From contig PEZY01000012.1 in the NCBI GenBank assembly GCA_002773855.1, forward strand, positions 68,255 through 132,254: DNA of 64,000 bases. The letters are read 5' to 3'. Position numbers and translations under genes: made by a program. Numbering within the stretch: the stretch's first letter is position 1; the number at the start of each line of letters is the position of its first letter. The notes under the pieces were generated by a model that had not been told where the DNA came from, did no database searches, and saw nothing but the letters and a program-made list of their open reading frames with translations. Source of the DNA: Candidatus Buchananbacteria bacterium CG10_big_fil_rev_8_21_14_0_10_33_19 (GTDB lineage: Bacteria > Patescibacteriota > Patescibacteriia > 2-01-FULL-39-33). Shown here piece after piece: positions 29,056 to 38,182 of this stretch.

Positions 29056-29622
29056 ATGTCGACCTACGTCACACACGCTGTAGTCTTAAATAAGGATAAT
29101 TACAAAGACTATGATGTAAAATTTATTGTTTACACCCCAGATTATGGCAAGATAGTAATAATTGCTAAGGGTGCTAAAAAAATAACCTCCAAACTTAATT
29201 CTCATTTGGAGTTTTTTTCTGTGACCAAGGTGATGATCGCCAAAGGGGCGGTTGTTAATCGATTAGCGGGTGCTCAGATAGTCGAAGCTCATAAAAATAT
29301 CGTTCGAGATAATCATAAAACCATTATTGCTTTGTATTTTTTGGAGGTAATAAATTTATTAGTTAAATATGATTTTGAGGATGATTTTATTTTTGAAATT
29401 ATAGTGAAGTTTTTAAGTTCAATTAATATTAATCAAAATAGACAAGAGGATTTACTCTTATTAAATAAAAGTTTGTTTGAATTATTAGATCATTTGGGCT
29501 ATCGTCCAGAAATAAAATCCAATAAACAGAAAGGGTTAATAGCTCAGTTTAATAAAGTTATTATGGAAATATCGGATAAAGAGGTAAAAAGTTATGATAT
29601 GTTGTCTAAATTGTTTGATTAG
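29056..29622 (+). CDS. recO: DNA repair protein RecO (short form)
   Basis: N-terminal OB-fold region typical of RecO (HAVVLNKDNYKDYDVKFIVYTPDYGKIVIIAKGAKKITSKL). Confidence 0.6.
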   Translation: MSTYVTHAVVLNKDNYKDYDVKFIVYTPDYGKIVIIAKGAKKITSKLNSHLEFFSVTKVMIAKGAVVNRLAGAQIVEAHKNIVRDNHKTIIALYFLEVINLLVKYDFEDDFIFEIIVKFLSSININQNRQEDLLLLNKSLFELLDHLGYRPEIKSNKQKGLIAQFNKVIMEISDKEVKSYDMLSKLFD

Positions 29623-29672
29623 CAAAAATAAAACTACTCTTGATGAGTAGTTAAAATATTTTTGTATTTTTA

Positions 29673-30344
29673 TTATTTACGGCCGTAATCCTGATAGCTA
29701 GTGCTAATTAGGAAATTACCTCCAAACGTATCGGTTACGGTAATGAGAATATTTTCATCATTGTTGGCGGCATTATAGCAATCACCAATAGCGCTTTCTG
29801 AAAAATCTCCAAAGCCATATTCTGTACAAAATTCTTCAATTATAGTTTTAAGCTGTTCCATAGAACAGCTACCATTAGAATTTAATTGAAAGTTTTCAGT
29901 ATTATAACTGCTTAAAGCCGTTTGTTCGGCATTGTGTTGAAGAACATATAAATCATTTCCATCGTATTTTGGCATGGAAATTGACTCGGTTGACGACTTG
30001 AGTTTATTGGCAATAAAAACTTCCAAACTTTGATGTACCGGTAGTAGATTGGTTAAATATTCTTCAACAGTCTTGGCTTGTTCATCAGTTAATTCATGAA
30101 ACATTAAAGCTATACCGGTAATTTCATTTAAATCACAAATTGGTTTTGGTCGATTGAAAGAATTATCCAATATGTCAAAAGCATGAATAGCCACACCAGT
30201 GCCATAGCCGCGCTCTTTTCGGAGTTTGAGAAGTGACAATAGTGTTCGGATAACTCGATATATTCTAGTATTATGTAAATTTTTACAACCACTTTCCATA
30301 CTATCTTTTAAGTGTTGGATAATATCAAATTTAGTTTCTGTCAT
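29673..30344 (-). CDS. Hypothetical protein (223 aa), downstream gene of a two-gene minus-strand operon
   Basis: No recognisable motifs; Cys-containing C-terminal third; overlaps the upstream gene by 14 nt. Confidence 0.4.
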   Translation of the reverse strand: MTETKFDIIQHLKDSMESGCKNLHNTRIYRVIRTLLSLLKLRKERGYGTGVAIHAFDILDNSFNRPKPICDLNEITGIALMFHELTDEQAKTVEEYLTNLLPVHQSLEVFIANKLKSSTESISMPKYDGNDLYVLQHNAEQTALSSYNTENFQLNSNGSCSMEQLKTIIEEFCTEYGFGDFSESAIGDCYNAANNDENILITVTDTFGGNFLISTSYQDYGRK

Positions 30345-30753
30345 GATTATTGTCTCCGTTGTTTTGTTTTTTTATTAACAAATCCAAAAGACTAAATGGT
30401 TGATAAGAGATACTAATCCAGGTATTAAACGTGTCACTAGAATTTGATTGAGAAATAGTGATCAGCATGGTCTGTCCGAATTTCTCACTTTTGTAACCAG
30501 ATGTGGTTTGGATAAAAGTTTCAAAACCTTTTAGCCAACAAAATCTTTTGATGATTAGTAGGATGGCTTCTAGGTCAATGAATTCAGCGCACCTTATTTC
30601 GAAGCTTTCTTTCCGATCATCACATCGTAGATTTGGTGTGGTCTCCTTTACTTTAAATAATTGGGTGACTATAAATTCTTGTAGTGTTAAGCTTTGAATA
30701 TTATTAAAAACTGTTTCGACAATTGTGTCAGAAACATGTTTCATACAAGACAC
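30331..30753 (-). CDS. Hypothetical protein (140 aa), upstream gene of a two-gene minus-strand operon
   Basis: No recognisable motifs; translationally coupled to the 29673..30344 gene. Confidence 0.4.
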   Translation of the reverse strand: MSCMKHVSDTIVETVFNNIQSLTLQEFIVTQLFKVKETTPNLRCDDRKESFEIRCAEFIDLEAILLIIKRFCWLKGFETFIQTTSGYKSEKFGQTMLITISQSNSSDTFNTWISISYQPFSLLDLLIKKQNNGDNNHDRN

Positions 30754-30889
30754 TAATTAATCTCCTTAGTTGGTAAAAAGAACATAAACCGTCAATGGTT
30801 AGTCATTAAATTATCATAAAATTGATAAAATGTCAAGGTTGACGTAATATGGATATTTACCTATAATTAATTTATAAAACCTATTAAAA

Positions 30890-31090
30890 CCGTTGTCAGC
30901 CTGTCTGATAAAGCTTTATTAACACTAGAGCGAGGTATGAGAAGAACGTCTTTGGACTATTAGACCTCATCGGGTAAGCCCGTTATAGCAGGCATTAAGA
31001 CAGGTTGCTTACTACAGCCTTAAACTCAAGATGGTACCGCCTGCAAGGGCTCTTGAAACCATGCTTGGGTTTTTATTTTTCAAATTAATT
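30890..31090 (+). promoter_or_regulatory. Structured leader of aspS, possibly T-box-like (tRNA-sensing antitermination)
   Basis: tggtaccgc (31032..31040) matches the core of the T-box consensus (…GGUGGUACCGCG…). Followed by hairpins and ctcaagatggt...accatgcttggg plus TTTTTATTTTT. GAC triplets lie in an upstream hairpin region. Unverified. Confidence 0.3.
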
Positions 31091-31098
31091 TTAAATAT

Positions 31099-32880
31099 AT
31101 GTTACGAACACATACTTGCGGTGAATTAACTAAAAGTGATGAGGGTAAAGAAGTTACTCTAGCTGGTTGGGTGCACAGTCGACGTGATCATGGCGGTATT
31201 ATTTTTATTGATTTACGTGATCGTTATGGTTTAACTCAGGTGACTTTTGATCCAGAAACTAGTAAAGAATCTACAGTCATAGCCGATCAGGTCAGAAGTG
31301 AATGGGTGATACAGGTGACTGGTAAAGTAATGATTAGACCAGATAAAATGATCAATGATAAAATTCCGACTGGTAGTATTGAAATTGATGCTAAAAGTGT
31401 TAAGATTTTAAATAAATCAAAAACTCCGCCATTTGAAATTAATGAAGAAAAAGGTTCTGAAGCTGGTGAAAATATTCGTTTAAAATATCGATTTATTGAT
31501 TTACGACGACCAAAGTTACAAGAGATGTTAAAGGTTAGAGATGAATTAATTATTCATATTAGAAATTATTTTCATGAGAAAAATTTTCGGGAGGTTCAAA
31601 CGCCAATTTTAGCAAACTCTTCACCAGAAGGAGCTCGTGACTGGCTGGTACCATCTCGGCTTTATCCTGGTAAATTTTACGCCCTACCTCAAGCGCCACA
31701 ACAGTTCAAGCAATTGTTAATGGTGGCTGGTGTTGATAGATATTTTCAAATTGCACCATGTTTTCGTGATGAAGATCCAAGGAGCGATAGACACTTTGGC
31801 GAATTCTATCAATTAGATATGGAAATGAGCTTTGTGGAGCAGGATGATATTTTTCAGGTAATGGAACCATTAATGATAGAATTAACCGAAAAATTTAGTC
31901 ATAAGAAAATTGTTAATCTAGCTGATAATGGTCGTTTCATTCAAATACCTTGGGCTGAGTCCATGAATAGGTTTGGTACTGATAAGCCAGATTTGAGGTT
32001 TGCTATGGAATTAAAATCTATTACTGATATAGTAACTGCGAGTGGTTTTAGTGTTTTTGATGAGGCAGTAAAAAAGGGTGGTGTAGTTAATGCCTTGAAA
32101 GTTGATGGTGGGGCTAAGTTTTCTAGAAAAGAGATTGATGACTTAACCGAAATTGCTAAGACTTACAGAGCCAAGGGTTTGGCATATATTATTATGGCTG
32201 AAGACGGTCCTAAATCACCAATTTTAAAATTTTTAACTGAAGAAAAAATTGCGGAGATTATAAAACACGTAGAAGCTAAGACTGGCGATATTATTTTCTT
32301 TTCAGCTGATAAATGGTTAGTTGCCTGCCAGTCATTAGGTGCAGTAAGAGATAAGTGTGGTGAAAAGCTAGGCTTAAAAGATAATAATTTAGCGGCTTGG
32401 GCTTGGATTACTGATTTCCCAATGTATCATGAAGAGGACGGCAAAATAGATTTTGCTCATAATCCATTTTCTATGCCTCAAGGCGGATTAGAATCTTTGG
32501 AAGCCAAAGACCCATTAGATATTTTAGCTTATCAATATGACTTTGTATTAAACGGTTTTGAATTAACTTCTGGGGCAATTCGTAATCATAGTCCAGAAAT
32601 CATGTATAAAGCTTTTGCTATTGCTGGTTATTCTAAGGAGCAAGTAGAGGCTAAATTTGGCCATATGCTTAAAGCTTTTGAATATGGAGCTCCGCCTCAT
32701 GGTGGTAATGCCCCAGGTATCGATAGGTTGTTAATGGTGCTAAATGATTGGGATTCCATTAGGGATATTTATGCCTTCCCTAAAGACGGCCAGGGTCGTG
32801 ATGCGATGCTTGATGCTCCAAGTGAGGTTGAACTAAAACAATTGGACGAATTACATCTTAAAATTGTCAAAGAAGATTAA
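31099..32880 (+). CDS. aspS: Aspartate--tRNA ligase (bacterial type)
   Basis: 593 aa; class II motifs (FRDEDPRSDRH, GGNAPGIDRL), OB anticodon-binding N-terminus. Confidence 0.9.
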   Translation: MLRTHTCGELTKSDEGKEVTLAGWVHSRRDHGGIIFIDLRDRYGLTQVTFDPETSKESTVIADQVRSEWVIQVTGKVMIRPDKMINDKIPTGSIEIDAKSVKILNKSKTPPFEINEEKGSEAGENIRLKYRFIDLRRPKLQEMLKVRDELIIHIRNYFHEKNFREVQTPILANSSPEGARDWLVPSRLYPGKFYALPQAPQQFKQLLMVAGVDRYFQIAPCFRDEDPRSDRHFGEFYQLDMEMSFVEQDDIFQVMEPLMIELTEKFSHKKIVNLADNGRFIQIPWAESMNRFGTDKPDLRFAMELKSITDIVTASGFSVFDEAVKKGGVVNALKVDGGAKFSRKEIDDLTEIAKTYRAKGLAYIIMAEDGPKSPILKFLTEEKIAEIIKHVEAKTGDIIFFSADKWLVACQSLGAVRDKCGEKLGLKDNNLAAWAWITDFPMYHEEDGKIDFAHNPFSMPQGGLESLEAKDPLDILAYQYDFVLNGFELTSGAIRNHSPEIMYKAFAIAGYSKEQVEAKFGHMLKAFEYGAPPHGGNAPGIDRLLMVLNDWDSIRDIYAFPKDGQGRDAMLDAPSEVELKQLDELHLKIVKED

Positions 32881-32902
32881 GTATACATAATATAGAACTT
32901 GC

Positions 32903-32938
32903 AACGCATAGCATTTGTAGAATTGCTATGCGTTTTGT
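32903..32938 (+). terminator. Rho-independent terminator after aspS
   Basis: aacgcatagca...tgctatgcgtt hairpin followed by TTTT. Confidence 0.65.
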
Positions 32939-33025
32939 ATTTTGATCTATATTTTGGTATAATATAAGCATTAAAATTAATAATTGCCTATTAAAATAGG
33001 CGTATAATTAAAATATTTAAAAAAT

Positions 33026-33946
33026 ATGGAAAACCAAGACAAATATCATGGTAAAGGAGCGTTGGATGCTTTTTTAAACCTTTTTAGTTTAATTACATTG
33101 GGTTGGATGTCAATTTCGATTGGCATGATTTTATTTCAAATTATTGATAAATTTTTTAGTTCAGAAAAGGTTTATATTTACAATAGTTTTTCTCAATCTG
33201 GATTAAAGTTTGGTTTGGCTTCGTCTTTGATTGTAGTGCCAATATTTTTGGTTATTATTGCCTTACTACACAAACATTATAAAAATAATGTTTTAAATCA
33301 TCAAAGTGGTGTTTATCGTTGGTTAACTTATTTAGTTTTGTTAGTAGCGGCTTTAAATATAATTGGCAGATTAATTCAATTGATTTATCAATTTCTTGAT
33401 GGTAATTATACTTTAGCTTCAGTTTTGAAAATTTTAGTTGTGCTTTTAATTGCTAGCGGTATTTTTGGCTACTATTGGTACGATTTAAAAAGAACAGATT
33501 ACAGTAGTCAAAGTTTGGTGTCCAAAATATTTTTTATTGGTATTGTGGTAATTTCATTAGTAACTATTATTGGTGGCTTTATGTTGATTGATTCGCCACA
33601 AACTACTCGAATGAAAAAGCAGGATCAATCTAGAGTAGATGCTTTAAATAATATTAGAAATATTATTATATCTGAATATATGTCGACTAAAGTACTACCA
33701 AGTGATTTATCGGCACCTAAATTTTCTAATCTTGTTGATCCAGTCACTGGTCAGCCATATGAATATCGGGTAATAGGCGAGACAGCTTATGAGTTGTGTG
33801 CAAATTTTGAATTAGCAGTTGATGATTATAATGATAAAAATAGATACATGAACGTCGGTGGTGAAAATTGGGATTTTCATCAGGGTGGTCGACAATGCTA
33901 TGAACAAGAAGTTTCTGGTTATGATAGTAAGATGTTAAATTATTAA
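33026..33946 (+). CDS. Hypothetical polytopic membrane protein
   Basis: 306 aa, several TM helices then a soluble C-terminal domain with conserved Cys (CANFELAVDDYNDKNRYMNVGGENWDFHQGGRQC). Confidence 0.4.
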   Translation: MENQDKYHGKGALDAFLNLFSLITLGWMSISIGMILFQIIDKFFSSEKVYIYNSFSQSGLKFGLASSLIVVPIFLVIIALLHKHYKNNVLNHQSGVYRWLTYLVLLVAALNIIGRLIQLIYQFLDGNYTLASVLKILVVLLIASGIFGYYWYDLKRTDYSSQSLVSKIFFIGIVVISLVTIIGGFMLIDSPQTTRMKKQDQSRVDALNNIRNIIISEYMSTKVLPSDLSAPKFSNLVDPVTGQPYEYRVIGETAYELCANFELAVDDYNDKNRYMNVGGENWDFHQGGRQCYEQEVSGYDSKMLNY

Positions 33947-33975
33947 GCTTAAGTAATTATATAAACTATAAAATT

Positions 33976-34725
33976 ATGATTGAATTTTCAAACTTGAAGA
34001 AGTTTTTCATCTTCATTCTTATTGGTTCATTGGTAGTGGCTGCGGCTGTAGCTATTATCACGGTATTAATTGGGCAGTTTAATGAGGCTACGGCCAGAGT
34101 ATTTGCGACACTAGCTATGGCAGTAATTCATTCTTTGATTAGCTTAGCGTTTATTTGGGATGATACTAAACATGATACATTTGATAGGTTGTCATTCTTT
34201 ATTAATACAATATTTATCATTATAATAATCAGTTTTGTCGCATCGTTATTTAGTATTTGGGAGATAATTTCTTTAGATACGACTGGTCATTTATATCAAA
34301 CATTATTTATCTTAGGCTTTGCGGCTTTGCATTTAGATATATTGTCTAAGGCTTTAAATATTGAAAAATATATAAATATTATTGTTTTTGTTAATTATTT
34401 GTTTATTGCTATTGTCGTTTTAATGCTACAACCTATAGTTTATTTAACAGATGCCAAAGCAATCTTAGGTGATTTTTATTATCGGTTATTGGCTGCATCG
34501 GCTATTGTAGATAGCACTCTTAGTATTTTAACCATTATTTTTTACAGACTCTACATTCATCAACACCCAGAGCTTAGAAATATTTTTCAGGGCAGTAATT
34601 CATCTGAAGCTGGTGGTAAACCTAAAAAAGGTTTGAGTGTTTGGGTGTGGATTTTGATAATCTATTTAATTTTACAAGTATTATTACCTCTTTTACAATG
34701 GGCTTTATTTCTTCCGTTTTTTTAA
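33976..34725 (+). CDS. Hypothetical polytopic membrane protein
   Basis: 249 aa, highly hydrophobic. Confidence 0.4.
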   Translation: MIEFSNLKKFFIFILIGSLVVAAAVAIITVLIGQFNEATARVFATLAMAVIHSLISLAFIWDDTKHDTFDRLSFFINTIFIIIIISFVASLFSIWEIISLDTTGHLYQTLFILGFAALHLDILSKALNIEKYINIIVFVNYLFIAIVVLMLQPIVYLTDAKAILGDFYYRLLAASAIVDSTLSILTIIFYRLYIHQHPELRNIFQGSNSSEAGGKPKKGLSVWVWILIIYLILQVLLPLLQWALFLPFF

Positions 34726-34747
34726 ATATATAAATAAATAAAACAAT

Positions 34748-35380
34748 ATGCCAATTCCTAAAAAAATAAAAACCTATTTAGATAAACAGAATATTGATTA
34801 TGAAGAAATAGCTCATAAGACTGTTTATACCGCTTATGATGCCGCTTTAACTCTAAAGAAAGAGCTAAAAGAGATTGCTAAGAACTTAATTGTCAAAGCC
34901 GATAATACTTATGCTTTGGTAATCGTACCAGCTGATAAAAGATTGGATTTAAACAAAATTAAAAAAGCTCTTAAAGCTAAAAAAATATCTATTCCTGATG
35001 AAAAAGTAATTGTCAGGGTCTTAAAAATTAAACCCGGAGCAGTATCATCTTTTGGTAAATTACATAAATTAGAAATACTAGTTGATAAAGCTATGACGGG
35101 TACTAAAAAAGCGATTTTTAGTACTGGTAGTTTAAGTGATAGTGTTTTGATAAAAGTGAAGGATTTTATTCAAATGGAAGAGGCTAAAATGGCCGATATT
35201 GCGATGAAGGGTGGTTATAAAATACCAAAAGCTACCAAAAAGAAGATGATAAAAGTTAAAAATAAAGTAGCTTCCAAAAAGAAAGTTTCTATTAAGAAAA
35301 AGCCAGTAGCAAAAAAAGTAAACAAGAAACCAGTTAAAAAAGTAGTCAAGAAAAAAGTGGCTAAAAAGAAGAAAATATAA
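34748..35380 (+). CDS. YbaK/ProX-type aminoacyl-tRNA deacylase domain fused to a lysine-rich C-terminal tail
   Basis: YbaK-like core (VKADNTYALVIVPADKRLDLNKIKKAL...GSLSDSV) plus about 50 aa of KKKxxK repeats. Confidence 0.55.
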   Translation: MPIPKKIKTYLDKQNIDYEEIAHKTVYTAYDAALTLKKELKEIAKNLIVKADNTYALVIVPADKRLDLNKIKKALKAKKISIPDEKVIVRVLKIKPGAVSSFGKLHKLEILVDKAMTGTKKAIFSTGSLSDSVLIKVKDFIQMEEAKMADIAMKGGYKIPKATKKKMIKVKNKVASKKKVSIKKKPVAKKVNKKPVKKVVKKKVAKKKKI

Positions 35381-35396
35381 ATAATATTTTAATATT

Positions 35397-35888
35397 ATGT
35401 TATTTGGCTACGTTACCTGGTTATTATCTGCTTCGATACTTGTTTTCATAGTTATCTTTGGGTTTATTAATAGAATATTTATAAGGCCATATAGGATGAA
35501 AAAATTTGCTAATTTGTTAGGCTTATCGTATAAAATAAGTGATAAGCGGTTTGCTCTTTTTGAGTTTAAAAAAAATATTATTAGCGGTAAATATAAGGGC
35601 AAGTACATTGAAATTTATGATTACTATTTAAATGCAGGATCCATGTCACAAAAAAGAACGGTTATTGAAATTAGTGGAGAGGCAATTAATATTTATCGTG
35701 GAATTACGTTTGAATATGTGCCTATTATTTCAGTTAGAACGATAAAAAAAATATTAGATGAATATTTTAATGACGGCGGCGTAAAAACAAGAGGTAAAAT
35801 AAAAAAAGAAATTTATGTGGCATTACTAGTATTAGTGGCTGTATTTTTTGTTTTTATGTGGTATTATCTTACAAGTTTAACTGTTTAA
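35397..35888 (+). CDS. Hypothetical small membrane protein
   Basis: N- and C-terminal TM segments. Confidence 0.35.
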   Translation: MLFGYVTWLLSASILVFIVIFGFINRIFIRPYRMKKFANLLGLSYKISDKRFALFEFKKNIISGKYKGKYIEIYDYYLNAGSMSQKRTVIEISGEAINIYRGITFEYVPIISVRTIKKILDEYFNDGGVKTRGKIKKEIYVALLVLVAVFFVFMWYYLTSLTV

Positions 35889-35904
35889 GAAAAAGAAAAG
35901 ATAA

Positions 35905-36603
35905 ATGGATTACAAAATAGATTTAGAAAAATTTCAAGGCCCATTGGATTTGCTTTTGCAACTAATAGAGAAGAAGGAAATGGATATCTCTCAGGTGGCT
36001 TTAGCGGAAGTTACCGATCAATATTTGGCCTATATAGATAGTCACCAAGACATCGGCGCCATTGAGCTAGCTGATTTTTTGGTCATAGCTACTAAATTAT
36101 TAGTAATAAAATCTAAAACTTTATTGCCACAGCTAGTAGACGATGAAGAGGATAGTGCCGAACAGTTAGAGGCCCAACTTAAGATGTATAAGGATTACTT
36201 AGATGCTTCTAAAAATATTGAAAAAATTATTGCTAGTGGCAAATTTTTGTTTGGTCGTGATAAGATTTCGGTTAATATGGAAGCGACCTTTTCACCGCCT
36301 AAATCTTTGGTAGTTGATAATTTAGCAAGTATTTATGCAGAAATTCTGGGACGCATAGACTATGTGGTAAATTTACCACAAAAAGTCATGCAACAAACAG
36401 TAACTTTAAAAGAAAAAGTGAATAATATTCGTGATATAATTTTAAGATTAAAAAAAATTAATTTTCGCGATGTTTTAATTGATGCTAATAATAAAACAGA
36501 TATGGTGGTTAGTTTTATGGCTTTGTTAGAATTAATAAAATCTGGAGAGATTGCCGTAAATCAGGCAGGAGTTTTTGATGATATTCATATTGAAAAAGCC
36601 TAA
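35905..36603 (+). CDS. scpA: Segregation and condensation protein A
   Basis: FQGPLDLLLQLIEKKEMDISQVALAEVTDQYL; followed by scpB. Confidence 0.85.
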   Translation: MDYKIDLEKFQGPLDLLLQLIEKKEMDISQVALAEVTDQYLAYIDSHQDIGAIELADFLVIATKLLVIKSKTLLPQLVDDEEDSAEQLEAQLKMYKDYLDASKNIEKIIASGKFLFGRDKISVNMEATFSPPKSLVVDNLASIYAEILGRIDYVVNLPQKVMQQTVTLKEKVNNIRDIILRLKKINFRDVLIDANNKTDMVVSFMALLELIKSGEIAVNQAGVFDDIHIEKA

Positions 36604-36625
36604 ATATAAATAACAAGATATAACA

Positions 36626-37228
36626 ATGAACACACAATTAAAAAATAACATTGAAAGTCTGCTGTTTATTTCGCATAAACCGTTATCCATTGGAGATTTG
36701 ACTAAAGTAACTAGTTCCACCGCTGATGAGGTTAAGAGTGTGATTTTAGAAATAGAACAAGAATACCAGACTAAGGCTGGTGGTATTGAAATGATTAGAA
36801 TTGGTGACAAACATCAATTCGTTACTAGCTCTGAATCTAGCGAAGCAGTAAAAAAGTTTATTAAAAGTGAGATTACTGGTGAATTAACCAAACCATCGTT
36901 AGAAACCCTAACTATTATTGCTTATCGTGGACCAATTTCTAAGGCCGAATTGGAATTAATTAGAGGTGTTAATTGTAGTGTTATCTTACGAAACTTATTA
37001 ATGCGTGGTTTGATTGAGGCCAAAGAAGATCCCAAAAAAATGATAGTTTTTTATAGTATCACTTTTGAATTTTTAAAATATTTAGGCTTGTCTAAAATAG
37101 AAGATTTGCCAGATTTTGAAAAATTAAATCGTAGTAATAATTTGGATAAGTTGCTAGCAGGTCCCAGTGGCGAAGCCAAAGAGGCCAATGTCAGTGAAGA
37201 AATCATTGAACAAAAAATAACCGAATAA
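36626..37228 (+). CDS. scpB: Segregation and condensation protein B
   Basis: Winged-helix ScpB pattern (IESLLFISHKPLSIGDL...LETLTIIAYRGPISKAELELIRGV). Confidence 0.85.
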   Translation: MNTQLKNNIESLLFISHKPLSIGDLTKVTSSTADEVKSVILEIEQEYQTKAGGIEMIRIGDKHQFVTSSESSEAVKKFIKSEITGELTKPSLETLTIIAYRGPISKAELELIRGVNCSVILRNLLMRGLIEAKEDPKKMIVFYSITFEFLKYLGLSKIEDLPDFEKLNRSNNLDKLLAGPSGEAKEANVSEEIIEQKITE

Positions 37229-37242
37229 TAATCTTAATTTTC

Positions 37243-38181
37243 ATGTTTGAACTCTTAGTAAATTTAATGTTAACTAGCTTATTTTTGAAATCACAAGCTA
37301 GTAGTCAAATAACTCTTGATAATTTAACTCGCCAAGAATACAGGTTACCACAAGCCGAAGTTAGAAAATTAGAATATTTAGCTCCACAAAAAGATAATGT
37401 TAGCGAAAGTTTAGGTGTTGATGTTTCGGCTCAAAGTGTTTTAGTTATCGATAATAAAACCAACAAGGTTCTATATGAAAAAAAATCTAGAGACGTAAGG
37501 TCAATTGCTAGCATCACTAAATTAATGACAGCTTTGGTTTTTTTGGATTACAATCCCGGTTGGGATAGTCAAATAACTATAGATGAGTCAGATTATCGAG
37601 ATGGTGGTATAATATATTTAATTAATGGAGAGGTGATTAGTGTGGATGATGTTTTTCATGCCTCACTTATTTCATCATCTAATGAAGCCACTGTCGCTTT
37701 AGCTAGATCTACTGGTTTAAGTTTGGATGAGTTTGTTCAAAAAATGAACGAAAAAGCTAAATCACTGGGCATGAACAGTACAATATTTACCGACGTAACT
37801 GGGTTGGATAATAGTAATAAATCAACAGCGACTGATATAGTTATTTTATCAAAAGTAGCTTTTGCTAATAAATATATTAAAAATGTTACAAGTACCGAAT
37901 CATATACTATCACGGTTATAAATAATGGTGTTACTAGAAATATTAAAAGTACAGATAAAATATTAAATCAAGAATTTGGCTTGGGCGATCAAAAATACAG
38001 AGTGGAAAATGGAAAAACTGGTTATTTGGAGATGGCGGGGTATTGCTTTACTAGTCAGGTCAGTGATGGCAGTGATCGTAAGATATCAGTAGTGGTTTTG
38101 GGTAGCTCGACCATTAATAGTCGCTTTGCTGATACTAAGAGCTTATCTTATTGGGTGTTCAATAATTATAACTGGCAATAA
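37243..38181 (+). CDS. D-alanyl-D-alanine carboxypeptidase (peptidase S11, PBP5-like)
   Basis: SxxK (ASITK), SxN (SSSN) and KTG motifs; signal peptide. Confidence 0.75.
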   Translation: MFELLVNLMLTSLFLKSQASSQITLDNLTRQEYRLPQAEVRKLEYLAPQKDNVSESLGVDVSAQSVLVIDNKTNKVLYEKKSRDVRSIASITKLMTALVFLDYNPGWDSQITIDESDYRDGGIIYLINGEVISVDDVFHASLISSSNEATVALARSTGLSLDEFVQKMNEKAKSLGMNSTIFTDVTGLDNSNKSTATDIVILSKVAFANKYIKNVTSTESYTITVINNGVTRNIKSTDKILNQEFGLGDQKYRVENGKTGYLEMAGYCFTSQVSDGSDRKISVVVLGSSTINSRFADTKSLSYWVFNNYNWQ

Positions 38182-38182
38182 A

